Part shown: positions 49,890 to 61,296 of the stretch, in pieces
Numbering within the stretch: the stretch's first letter is position 1
Layout of the letters: each line of letters opens with the position of its first letter
NCBI GenBank assembly: GCA_964016885.1
Contig: OZ024741.1
Location: 204,972,001 to 205,036,000, forward strand
DNA: 64,000 nt
DNA from: Eledone cirrhosa
Lineage: Eukaryota
Direction of reading: 5' to 3'
Notes under the pieces: model-generated
What the model saw: only the letters and a program-made list of their open reading frames with translations
Database searches by the model: none
Told to the model about the DNA's origin: nothing
Position numbers and translations under genes: made by a program

Positions 49890-50560
49890 ATTTCTGTCCC
49901 TTGCCAGTTTTGGCTATGAGGGTACCAGGTGGTTGTCTCGCCATCTTGTCCATTTTCTTGATGTCCACTCTGTCACTCTGATCATCCATCTGTTGTCACT
50001 GAGTCACAAGATGTGGCCAGCCCACCTGTTTTTGTTTGTCTTGATGGTTATTATGTCACTGACTCCAGTTTGTTGTCGGATCCAAGTATTCTTCTTCTTG
50101 TCATGCAGCGTGATACCCAACATGATGCGCTCCACCTTTCCCTGGGCGACACTGAGTATGTTCTTCATGGTGTTATTCAGCACTCGGGTCTCACTGCCAT
50201 ACATCATCATTGGCAAGATGTGCTCATTGAAGATTTTCTGCTTTATTTTCATGGTGGCCTTGGGACTCTTCATAGTGTTATATACCCATCCAAACGTGAT
50301 TCTTCTCTTGATCTCCGGGAGAAGGTCACCATCCTTTGTCACCATCTTCCCTAAGTAAACATAGCTGTCTACTCTCTCAACGATCTTGCCATTCACAGAG
50401 ACGGGTGCTTGCTGTGGCATGTGTTGTTGAACATTACCTTGGCCTTTCCGAGGTGCATGTTCAGTCCAACTGATTGACTTGTTGTGTGGATGTCTGTGAG
50501 CATGGTTTCTAGCTCCTTGTGTGAGTGTGCTGTTAAAACAATGTCTGCGGAGTCTAAATG
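49890..50560 (-). mobile_element. RTE-clade LINE (separate family) RT C-terminal fragment
   Basis: VERVDSYVYLG, ILPMMMYGSET and ERIMLGITL..NTWIRQQT..RWAGHI. Confidence 0.85.
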
Positions 50561-50597
50561 CCAGAGGCTCTCACCATATATATATATATATATATAT

Positions 50598-51218
50598 CAT
50601 CATCATCATCATTTTATGTCCGCTTTTCCCTGCTTACAAGGGTGGGACGGGTCTTATTCAGCACAGCATCTCTCCACTTGTCACGGTCCTTCGTCATATC
50701 TCCACTGTGAGCTTCAGCGATCTGAGGTCTGTTCTCACCACCTCCGCCCATGTTTTTCGTGGTCTACCTCTACCACGTCTTCCTTCAACTGGCATTTCCT
50801 GGCGCATCACATGTCTATACCACTGCAGTCTCCTCTCTGACACAATTTCTCTCTCAACACATCCATACTGGGTCGTTCACACACATTGACATTGCCCATC
50901 CAACGGAACATGCTTGCCTCATTTCTCTCCAGCCGTCGCATATCCTTTGCAGTTGCTGCCCATGTCTCACTACCATGCAGCATCGCGCTCCTCACACAGG
51001 CATCATATAACCGGCCTTTCATACGCAGGGAGAAACCCTTCTTTGTCAGCAGGGGAAGCAGCTCCCTAAACTTCTTCCAACCCGTCCTTATTCTAGATAC
51101 TATGGCTTCGGAACCCCCCCCCCCCTCCCATGCTAATCTGATCTCCTAGGTACCGGAAGCTATCCACCACTTCTGTAGCACCCGCCTGCATTTGAAAAAT
51201 GTGTCTATCAATGCGACT
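50598..51218 (-). mobile_element. RTE family 3' fragment (short-UTR relative of RTE-PHD) with (GAT)n tail
   Basis: KGRLYDACVRSAMLHGSETWA..RRLERNEASM; tail catcatcatcatc next to (TA)n. Confidence 0.85.
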
Positions 51219-51241
51219 TCTACTGTCTATATATATATACA

Positions 51242-51271
<30 letters not shown>

Positions 51272-51276
<5 letters not shown>

Positions 51277-51900
51277 AGGGATCAGATGTTGTTTACTCGA
51301 GAGAAGGCTACGTTGGTATGGACACGTGATGCGCATGAAAGTCGATAGCTGTATAACAAAGTGCAGGGCAATAAAGATAGACGGTAGCCACGGAATAGGC
51401 AGACCTAGAAAAACCTGGGACGAGCTGATACACTCCGACCTCACACACTTACACCTCTCCAAGACAATGTCACTGGACCGAGACCTTTGGCGGTACTCAG
51501 TAATAGAGAAGACCCGCCTTACCTAAATACATAGTAAAACCTACTACAGTCAGTAGGCATCTCTAACAAAATACACCCCGTCCCACCACCCCCATCCACA
51601 CCACCCCCTTCTATGTAAAGTAATGTTGGTATCACACCATCCAGGCCGAAACAAATGAGATCGTGTAGGTGTCACGACAAAAAAACACACAGTCCACGCT
51701 GTAATGTGGCCGTGCAGGCAACACGGTAAAAACTTCCCAGACCCACACTGTAAATGTGGTTGGTGTTAGGAAGGGCATCCAACTGTAGAAAACCTGCCAG
51801 ACAGTCCTATGCGAGCAAGACAATCACTCTTGCCTCAAGTGGGAAAACCCCCGTCCAAACCCATGCAAGCGTGGAACACGGACGTTAAACGTTGATGATG
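51272..51900 (+). mobile_element. RTE-PHD family young 5'-truncated copy between (TA)n tracts
   Basis: Highly similar to 63412 onward; ends ggacgttaaacgttgatgatg. Confidence 0.9.
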
Positions 51901-51920
51901 ATATACATATATATATATAT

Positions 51921-52170
51921 CACTTTGACCGACCAGTCTGTTGGGTGTCAATCGGCACCGTTGGTCACAGCACGTTGTGCTGTTTTAGCCATAAGATAAC
52001 GCCATCCCACTGGCTGGGCGGGCAGGCCGGTACTCATTTCTACAGCTGAGTAAACTGGAGCAACGTGAAATAAAGTGTCTTGCTCAAAGAAACAACACAT
52101 CACCCGGTCCGATAATTGAACTCACAACCTTTCGATTCAATGCTTTAACCACTAAGCCATGCACCTTCAC
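51921..52170 (-). mobile_element. tRNA-derived SINE
   Basis: Minus-strand aggtgcatggcttagtggttaaag...gagttcaattatc...gagcaagacactttatttcacgttgctccag. Confidence 0.75.
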
Positions 52171-52182
52171 TTATATATATAT

Positions 52183-52460
52183 ATGGGCAGCCGGTCTTGA
52201 ACTTCTCTGTTATAGCCTAAAGGGCAATAATAAATAGGAGGGGCCTAAGGACAGAGCCTTGATGAACACCAACTTTTACACTAAATTCTTCACAATATTC
52301 ATTGTTAATTCTAACCTTACTGACTGTTTCTTTATACATAGCTTGTATAGCTCTCACAAGCCATTCATCTACACCTAGTTTTCTAAGAGCCCACCAGATG
52401 ATGGAGTGAGGGACTGGCAAAGGCTTTCTCCAGGTCTACAAAAGCTAAGTAGAGGGGTTT
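52183..52460 (-). mobile_element. Inverted duplicate of RTE RT segment 55332-55609
   Basis: Reverse complement match, sharing the EYCEEF and VLRPLL variants. Confidence 0.9.
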
Positions 52461-54912
52461 TTCATTTCATTTCATTTCATTTGATTTTGAGTCCATGCTC
52501 AAGCCAAGTCGAAGACTCCACCCTCAGAGTCTGGTGTGGTTGCCAGGTTGTATTCTCTGTTTAATTTTGACATGTGTAGGAGTGAGTTTGTCAGTTTGTG
52601 CTCGTTGTGTATATCCTGGGAGATGGGGTTCATCTCTAATGGTGCTTAAGTATCTATCCAGCTGCAATTTGAATGATTCCACACTGCATCCTGATAGATT
52701 TCTGACATGTACCGGAATGGAGTTGAATAGTTGTGCCCCTCGAACCAACAGACTTGACTCTCGCAGGGTTTTTGCTGCCTGGCCAGCCTTTTTGTTGATT
52801 GGTGGTAGCTGGCAGCGTCTTCCGTGGCGCAGTGAGTGGTAGGTTTTGATACCAAAGTTTGGCACCTTTTGCTCTATCATTTTCCAAATGTATATAATTC
52901 GGTATCGCTCAAATCTTCTTTCTATTGAGTACATCTTCAAGGTTTTGAGTCTTTACCAATAGTCCAGGTCCCACGTTTCTGAGAAGTATGAGGTAAAATT
53001 TCTTTGGAGCGATTCCATCTTAGATAGTTGGCCCTTTGTTGTTGGTGACCACAACTGAGAACAGTAGTCAATCCTCGGAAGTATCATACTGTTCCAGAGG
53101 GTTTTCATTGTTGAGGTATCTCTTGATTTGAAGGTGCGCAAGATCTACCCGCTGTACTTTCTTGCAGTAAGACAGACTGAGTCAAGGTGTTCTCTGAATT
53201 TTAGGCTGGTTCCCATGTGGATGCCTAAATCTTTCACACACTGTTTTTCCATTATTTGTTGTCCTGATGGGTTTCTGTAGTTTGTTGTATTTTTCAGATC
53301 TTGATCTGTTCCGTAGCAAATTAGTTCAAACTTCTTATCATTGAACAACATGTTGTTTGTTTCCTGCCATTTGTATATGGTGGTCAGGTCCTTTTGTAAG
53401 GCCTCTGTATCCACCTCGTCTTTGATTTGTCTCATGACCCTGGTGTCATCAGCAAAGGATGAGACGTTGCTGGTTGTATCTTCATCTATGTCAGAGATGA
53501 GGATGAGAAACAGGATCGGGCCGAGTACTGTACCCTGAGGAACACTGCTGGTCACAGGTGATGGTGTTGAATGGGTTCCATTCACAGTGACTGTTTGAGT
53601 TCTATTTGTAAGGAACTCATGTATCCATGTACCAACTTTTCCTCCTACTCCTAGCTTTCGAAGTTTGTGTCCCAGGATGCCATGATCTACCTTGGCAAAG
53701 TCGAGGTAAATAACATCTGTGTTGTATCCATTCTCTAGATTTTCTAGGATTTGGTCATGGTGTGCCAGTAGTTGGGAAAGACATGATCTACCTAACCTGA
53801 ATCCATGCTGGTTGCAATTCATCAGATTGTTGGATACCAGGAACTCAACCAGTTTTCCACGAACTATTCTTTCGAAGACCTTGATCATGTGTGATGTCAG
53901 TGAGATTGGTCGGTAGTTCTTTGGTTTTGATTTGCTGTCCCCTTTATGTATTGGAGTTATGTGTGCTTTATATGTATTTGGTATTTTGCCATTCTCCATA
54001 GATTCCTTCCATATCATGTAAAGGGGTTTCAACAATTGTACCTTGCAGTTTTTAAGTATCATGGCATTGAAACCATCAGGCCCCGCAGCTGAGTGCATGG
54101 AGAGCTTGTCTATGGCTCTTTCTATGTCTTCTGGGTTGAAATCAATGTCGGATAGGGTAGGTTTAGTATGGTCGATATCCTTGAAGAATTCTCCTGATCT
54201 TCATGGTTTTAGATGGCTCACTGAAGACACTTTCATACTGTTGACCCAACATTTCTGCCATTTCAATAGGGTTATTCACTACATCCCCATTTTGTCTCTG
54301 GAGAGGTCCTATTGTTGACTTGGTATTCGAGTATTTCTTTGCAAAACTGTAGAAACATTTTGGATTTTTCTTGATGTTTTCTATGGCTCTCTTTTCTGCA
54401 TTGTTACGTTCTTCATCATAGTGTTGTTTTAGATTGTCTTCTAATCTGTATATTTGGTCAAGGACTTTCTGTAGTTCATGTTTTGATGTCAGCTTAGATG
54501 TTTTGTTTCTTAGTCTTGACCTTTTGCGCATCAGGATCTTTCGCTCCCGTGGTACAGGTTTTTTTGTGGATTTGGTTTTCTTAAGAGGAATATTTTTTGC
54601 ACATATTTCTTCGATCTTGTTTAAGAATTTCTTGTGTTTATCTGGCCCAGTAAGGTAGAGATCCCAGTCAATGATTTGTAACTGGTTGTTAATAGTTTCC
54701 CAATTTGCCTGGTGATAATCATACCTGCGTAGCTTTGGCATGTCCTTTTGTTTAAGAGTTGTGGTATTGGGCTCATTACCAATGTGTAAATGCATTTCAA
54801 TAATATTGTGATCTGAAAGGATTGTTGGGGTTGAGTGAAGGTCAAATAGCGTGTCCTCGTTGTTGGTGAAAACCAAGTCGATCGTATTATTTCTAGTTGC
54901 TTCTGTCATCAT
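52461..54912 (-). mobile_element. CR1/L2-group LINE, 5'-truncated, (ATGAA)n tail
   Basis: TRNNTIDLVF, SDH, AAGPDG, YRPISLTS, YLDFAK, QGTVLGP, FADD, KDLGI and DYCSQLWSP; tail (ttcat)n at 52461-52480. Confidence 0.9.
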
Positions 54913-55086
54913 TTGTTTGAGGTATAATTTAGTTTACTTTATATATGTATTTAGGTATAGTTTAGTTTACTTTATATATGTATTTAGATTTGCCTGCTTA
55001 TATCCAACTAGAAATATTAAATATATATTGTCTCTCAAAGGCTTTAAAATAGGAACAATGCATGGTGTTATTTATTTTATATATAT

Positions 55087-55132
<46 letters not shown>

Positions 55133-55322
55133 ATGATATTAAATAAATGTGTGCTCTGAATCAGTTATAAACATTTATATATATATATATATACACACAA
55201 TATATATAAAATAAATAACACCATGCGTTGTTCCTATTTTAAAGCCTTTGAGAGACAATATATATTTAATATTTCTTTAATATTTCGGATATAAGCAGGC
55301 AAATCTAAATACATATTATATA

Positions 55323-56947
55323 AAGTAAACTAAACCCCTCTACTTAGCTTTTGTAGACTTGGAGAAAGCCTTTGACAGTTCCCTGCTCCATTATCTGGTG
55401 GGCTCTTAGAAAACTATGTGTAGATGAAAGGCTTGTGAGAGCTATACAAGCTATGTATAAAGAAACAGTCAGTAAGGTTAGAATTAACAATGAATATTGT
55501 GAAGAATTTAGTGTAAAAGTTGGTGTTCATCAAGGCTCTGTCCTTAGGCCCCTCCTATTTATTATTGCCCTTCAGGCTATAACAGAGGAGTTCAAGACCG
55601 GCTGCCCATGGGAACTCATATACGCAAATGATCTAACTCTCTTAGCTGAATCTATGGCTGAACTAGAGAAGAAATTCCAAACATGGAAGCATGGCCTAGA
55701 ATCAATTCTAGTTTGTAGAAAGGAAAATAGGGCACATGTGCCCTCAGGGAAATGGCCATGCTCAGTGTGTAGGAAAGGAGTAGGCAGAAATTCCATTTTA
55801 TGTCCCAAATGCAAATATGGGTACATAAAAGATGTAGTGGGATCACAGGTAAACTATCTAAGAAGGTAGACTTTATATGTGGCCGATGCTCAGGTGCAAT
55901 AAGTAGCAAGTGCCCACAGTATACTAGCTCCTTCTATTGCCCAAATGGTTCTATAGAAATAGTGGACACTTTCCGTTACCTGGGTGACGAAATCAGCAGT
56001 GGTGGAGGGTGTTCTGAAAGTACAGTAGCCAGAGTCAGAACGAGATAGAACAAGTTCAGAGAGCTTATAGCACTATTGGCCACTAAAGGTTTCTCTCTAA
56101 AAATGAAAGGCATATTGTATGATGCCTGTATACGAACAGCAATGCTACATGGGCATTGCGTGCAAAGGACCTGCGCAGACTGGAAAGGAACAAAGCATGC
56201 ATGCTCCGTTGGATGTGTAATAGTAATATACGTGAACGGCAAAGCATAAATGAACTAAGTGAGAAATTAGGAATAAGAGGGATCAGATGCTGTTTACTTG
56301 AGAGAAGACTACGTTGGTATGGCCACGTTATGCGCATGAAAGACGACAGCTGCATAAAAAAGTGCAGGGCGATCAAAATTGATGGTAGTTACGGAGTAGG
56401 TAGACCCAGAAAAACCTGGGACGATCTGATAAATTCCTACCTTGCACAGTTGCACCTCTCTAAGACAATGTCACTGGACCGAGATCTTTGGCGCTATGCA
56501 GTAATACAGAAGACCCGCTATTGCCTATGTACAAAGCGAAACCTACAGTCAGTAGGCACCTCTTAACCAAATATACACGCCAATCCACTACCCCTACCCT
56601 ATCCTCCCACCAACACCACACTCCACTCTCTCTGTAAAGTTGGTACTACAACATCCAGTCCAAATAAATGAGATATCGAGATCATGTAGGTGTCATGACA
56701 AAAAAACACACAGTCCACGCTGTAATGTGGCCGTGTAGGTAACGTGGTAAAAAGTTCCTATTTCCACACTGTAAATGTGGTTAGTGTTAGGAAGGGCATC
56801 CAGCCGTAGAAAACCTGCCAGATAGTCCTATATGAGAGAGAGACACGGTCACCCGACCAACTTTGCCTCAAGTGGAACAACTCCCGTCTAACCCATGCTA
56901 GCGTGGAAGATTGACGTTAAACGAAGATGATGATGATGATGATGATA
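55323..56947 (+). mobile_element. RTE-PHD family copy, 5'-truncated, frameshifted, with 3' UTR and (GAT)n tail
   Basis: LAFVDLEKAFD, GVHQGS, PHD cysteines CSVC..CPKC..WVHKRC..CGRC and FRYLG; tail at ~56925-56947. Confidence 0.92.
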
Positions 56948-58451
56948 ATATAAATGTATGCAACCTCACGCACACATATATATATACAAACCAAACTGTG
57001 GTGGTGGCTAAAATAGATAAAAGCGGGTGAAAAGTGGATGTAATGAGACAGGACGCTACAAGGTTGATAATCAGAGACAATATAGGGTTTGAGAGAACCT
57101 TTCAGTTTGGATGAGCATGTAACAATCTCTGATGCCATGATAAAACACACCCACTATAGCCAGTAAAGTATTAGTGTTGGAGCCATGAAAATCACACCCA
57201 TTATACTACGTAAAGTGGTGGTGGTGTCAGCTAAAGCACACCCCATAAAGTGGTTGGCATTAGGAAAGGTATCCAGCCTTACAAACCTCACCAAATATAG
57301 AACATAGGCACGTAACAGGTTACCCAAACCCATCTGGGCTTGAACTGTGACAACCCATCCAATCCATATCAGTGTGGAAAGTGGATGCAAAATTGATGAT
57401 GATGAGGGTACTTCTGAGTATAGATTAAGGCATGGTTGTATAAAGATGTTTGTTTTGCAGCCATGTTACACCAGGTTCTATCTCATTGTGCAGTTCTTTA
57501 GGCAAGTATCTTGTACCATAACTTCAGTTTAACAAATCCTAGGTGTTGATTTATTGTTTGTAATTTTCATCTTCTAAACTTGAACAGCTTGACTGTTTTG
57601 TTTCCTTTCTTTCTACTGCTTTAATCTACTCTCATGCTGGTTTTTGTTGAAGCTGTTAGCACTTTTGATATGAAACTGCTCCAAGGCTTTGTGTTACAAA
57701 ACAGTTGGTTTTAAAAGGTGTTTATTTGTCTAAAAACCTTCCATCATAATTTTATGTAAGAACCTTTGTTATGTTCCAAACACAGCTAAATAATGAGGTA
57801 GTTAATCATGTTACTGAATCCCTCCAAATTCTTAAATATTTTCAAATAAATTTGGGAATCATAGGCTGTGTTTTCATTAGAACTATGATAATGAAAGAGT
57901 TAAGGAGTTAAATTTTGTTGATAGAAACTGAGAGAGTATGTCAGTGGCTACAAAATGTTATATCACCAACAGGGACTTGGTTTATGTCCCTCTATAAACA
58001 ATACATCCTACTGTGTAGCAGTTTTATGGATGATGATGATTTTTTTTTTTATTAAATCATTTTTTTCGTGGTTTTGTTATTGTATATTATAAAATTAATC
58101 ACCCATAGTTTTATCTATGTACATAGTAATTATCTATAATTCTATGTTGTAAATCTGTTTTTTTTGAGAGTTGCTAATGTATCAATGTCCTAATATTTAT
58201 CCTTCATATGATTTATATCAGAATGACATATTTTCTGTTAATTACTTGACTAGTGTAACTGTGGAAAGGGGATTAATGTGGTTATCATGATATTAAATGT
58301 CTAACATTCTTTATATATATATACAGCTAATTGAAAATTAACTTTAGCTTTTGTAAACATTATATATATATTTTTTTCTCTATACATTATCAATAATAGA
58401 CAATATATTTTCCTATTTTATTTTGTTTATATCTGTCAAACATTCTATCTT

Positions 58452-58643
58452 GTACACCAGGTTCAAACACAAAAGAACCAAACTCCCACTGTCACTGCCT
58501 CCATCTCTCCCACACTTCCCATCTATTGTGAGCAAATGGGGGCCCCATGTGTTGGCTGCCCTGCAGCCCTGGCGAACAATAGAGAAGGCATTTCACCGGA
58601 TGATGGTGAGGGAGACGCGCTGGAAAAGCCATTCCAGCTTGCG
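58452..58643 (-). mobile_element. CRE-clade element 3'-end fragment
   Basis: agggagacgcgctggaaaagcca identical to 11550-11572; shares 3' sequence with the 47755 copy. Confidence 0.75.
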
Positions 58644-58734
58644 TGTAAAATATTTTAATCTGAGACAACACAAAATGCTGGTATTCTACTAGTGTATTAT
58701 TATTTGGTATCATGATGATGATAATGATTATCAT

Positions 58735-59145
58735 AATCTTCATCATTTTTCCATCTGATTTTCCATTGGTTGAACAAGTCACTTCTAGCACGGTGTTCCT
58801 CCACTTGTCTCTTTCCTTTGTCATCTTTGTGAAGTTCAGCATCTGGAGATCCACTTCTGCATAATTTTTCTTTGGTCTTCCTCTATCTTTCTCTACCACA
58901 TCTTCCTTCCAGTTGGAACTGTTGGTACTTCATTCAATTATTATCATTCATACAGATTACATGTCTATACCAGTGAAATATTCTCTTTTGCACACTACAT
59001 CTGATTCCTCTTACATTTAGTATTTCTCTAAATCCTGTGCATTGTTGTTTATGCACACTAATATTATAGAACCATGTTTGCTTTAATTATTTCTAGTCTT
59101 CACCTATCCTCTGCCTTTGATGCCCATGTATCACAACCATGCAGT
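58735..59145 (-). mobile_element. RTE family old 3' fragment
   Basis: RGRPKK..AEVDLQMLNF..ERDKWRNTVLE and degenerate (CAT)n tail. Confidence 0.7.
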
Positions 59146-59336
59146 ATTGAATATGTCTGTTTACTCTGGGGAGATATAAATTTTAATGTTTCAAGCAAAG
59201 CCCTTCTTTGGAGAGAAGAATTTAAAGTGCTTATAATAGCATTGAGCAAAATTGTTTACTCACAACTACCCTAAACTAACCATTCCTTTCTCCAAATGTT
59301 AGAACTTCTGTCTCTCTAAACATACAAATGTTTAGA

Positions 59337-59562
59337 TTAACCCATTCATTACCATGTTTCTAATGAAAAACATTATAATTTTCAAATCATTTTGAAAATA
59401 ACCAAGAATCTCGAGAGATTTAGCCTTGTAAATTATTTATTTGGTGTTTAGAACAAAGTTCCCTACATAAAATGATGGAAGGTTTTTAGCTAAATATAAA
59501 CACTTTAAATTAAACAGCTTTATATCATAGAACCATGGAGTAGTTTCAATCAAACGAGTTAG
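59337..59562 (+). mobile_element. piggyBac-type MITE (family B)
   Basis: ttaacccattcattacc start; colinear with the 35320 copy. Confidence 0.6.
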
Positions 59563-60424
59563 ATTTGCTGAAGACAACTGTAGTTTTCTTAAGGTTGTTT
59601 TTATTAGCAAATTATAAGGCAATTCCTTGAAAGGAATATTAGTAATATTGTTGCAATCATTCTTTTTTTTAATCCTATTGCAATTATTTTACATAATTTA
59701 AAGAAATGATAGTCCACTCTGTTAATTACATAATAAAGCAATAATTCATGTAGTGGTATTTCTGACACACTGACAATGACCTCACAGCTTTGTGTGAGAA
59801 GCACTCTGATTCAGGTGACTCAGTGGTCTGCATTAGTCAAACAGGCATAAAAGCAGGTCAGTTTATGGGTTTGTTTTTTAATGGACACAGCCAAAAAGAC
59901 TTATTTTACAAAAATAATTAATAAACTGATATGACAAGTATAAAAGAAAAAATAATTGCCTTATCAGTCATCATGCAATTTGTGTACTATTTAGGCCAGA
60001 GCCAGTTAAAAACTTCACTCCCTCTTCCCTTTTATTTTTCAGCAGTGAAAAAATGTGTTGAAAATGTTCATTGTCACCTTTTCTTCTACCGTTTACATTC
60101 TATGTTCATCATTTTAAGTACTGGCACAGTTTAAGAGGATCTACAAATATGTCATCATGACCATCATTTTCTTAGTAATTTTTCTAGGTTTCCCTATAGC
60201 ATCTTTTCATTTGTCACAGTTATTCTTCATCTTTGTGAAGCCCAGCATCTTCAGATTGACCCTCAACACTGCTGCTCGCATTTTCTTCAGTCTTCTTCAT
60301 CTGTAGGCTTCTCTTATTTGCGTAGTTTTTCACTTTTTCACCCAACATATCCAGACAATCACACTTCTCTCGTCTATATTATGGCAAACATCCAGTTTTT
60401 CTCTCATCATACTTGTGCTCCCTT

Positions 60425-61296
60425 CATCATCATCACTATCACCATTTAATGTCCATTTTTCTATGCTAGCATGGGTTAGACAAGTTGTTCCATTGTAAAA
60501 TAAACCAAGTCAGATGACCACATCTTGTTCATAGAACTGATTTTGGCTTGGTTTCTATGACTGGATGCCCTTCCTAACTCCAACCATATTTACATTGAGT
60601 ACTGGGTGCTTTTTGTCATGACACCTACACAGCCACCTTAGTGTGGGCTGGGTATTTTTTGTTGTGACACCTACACAGCCACCTTAGTGTGGGCTGGGTA
60701 TTTTTTGTTGTGACACCTACACGACCACTTAACAGTGTGGACTGGGCACTTTTTGTCGTGTCACCTACACAACGACTTTACACTGTGGGCTGGGGTCTTT
60801 GGTGAGGGAGATGTGTGTGTGTGATTGGTGCAGTATTAAGATATGGGAGGTATATGGAAGGGGATGGAGGTGAAGGTGCTTCAGCCTGTGCTGATGGGAA
60901 GGCGGGTCTTCTGTATTACTGCATGCTGCCAGAGATCTCGGTCCTGTGTCATTGCCTTTGAGTGGTGCAATTGTGCAAGGTCAGCTTTTATCAACTCATC
61001 CCAAGTCTTCCTGGATCTTCCTACTCTATAACTTCCATCAACTTTGCGTGCTCTGCACCATTTTATACAGTTGTCATCCTTCATACGCATCACATGTCCA
61101 CACCAACGCAATCTTCTCTCCTGTACATTGCATCTGATCCCTCTTATGCCTAGTTTCTCTCTCAATTCAGTTATGCTTAGCCATTCATGAATATTATTAT
61201 TAAACATCCATCGAAGCATGCCAGCTTCATTTCTTTCCAATCTATATGTCTTCTGCACACAGCACCCAGGTCTCACTACCATGCAACATTGCTGTT
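60425..61296 (-). mobile_element. RTE-PHD family copy (RT C-terminus, 46-bp subrepeat UTR, tail)
   Basis: TAMLHGSETW...RLERNEAGMLRW...RRLRWCGHVMR; 46-bp tandem at ~60619-60790; degenerate (CAT)n at 60425. Confidence 0.88.

Noticed and set aside
59730-59870. Possible further DPP9 coding exon
   Set aside because: No DPP8/9-like translation or convincing splice-site pair found; the next full exon appears to lie beyond the window
61246-61296. N-terminus MSSAHSTQVSLPCNIAV of the 806-aa ORF
   Set aside because: It is the antisense reading of the adjacent minus-strand RTE copy (TAMLHGSETWVLCAEDI), not a real start
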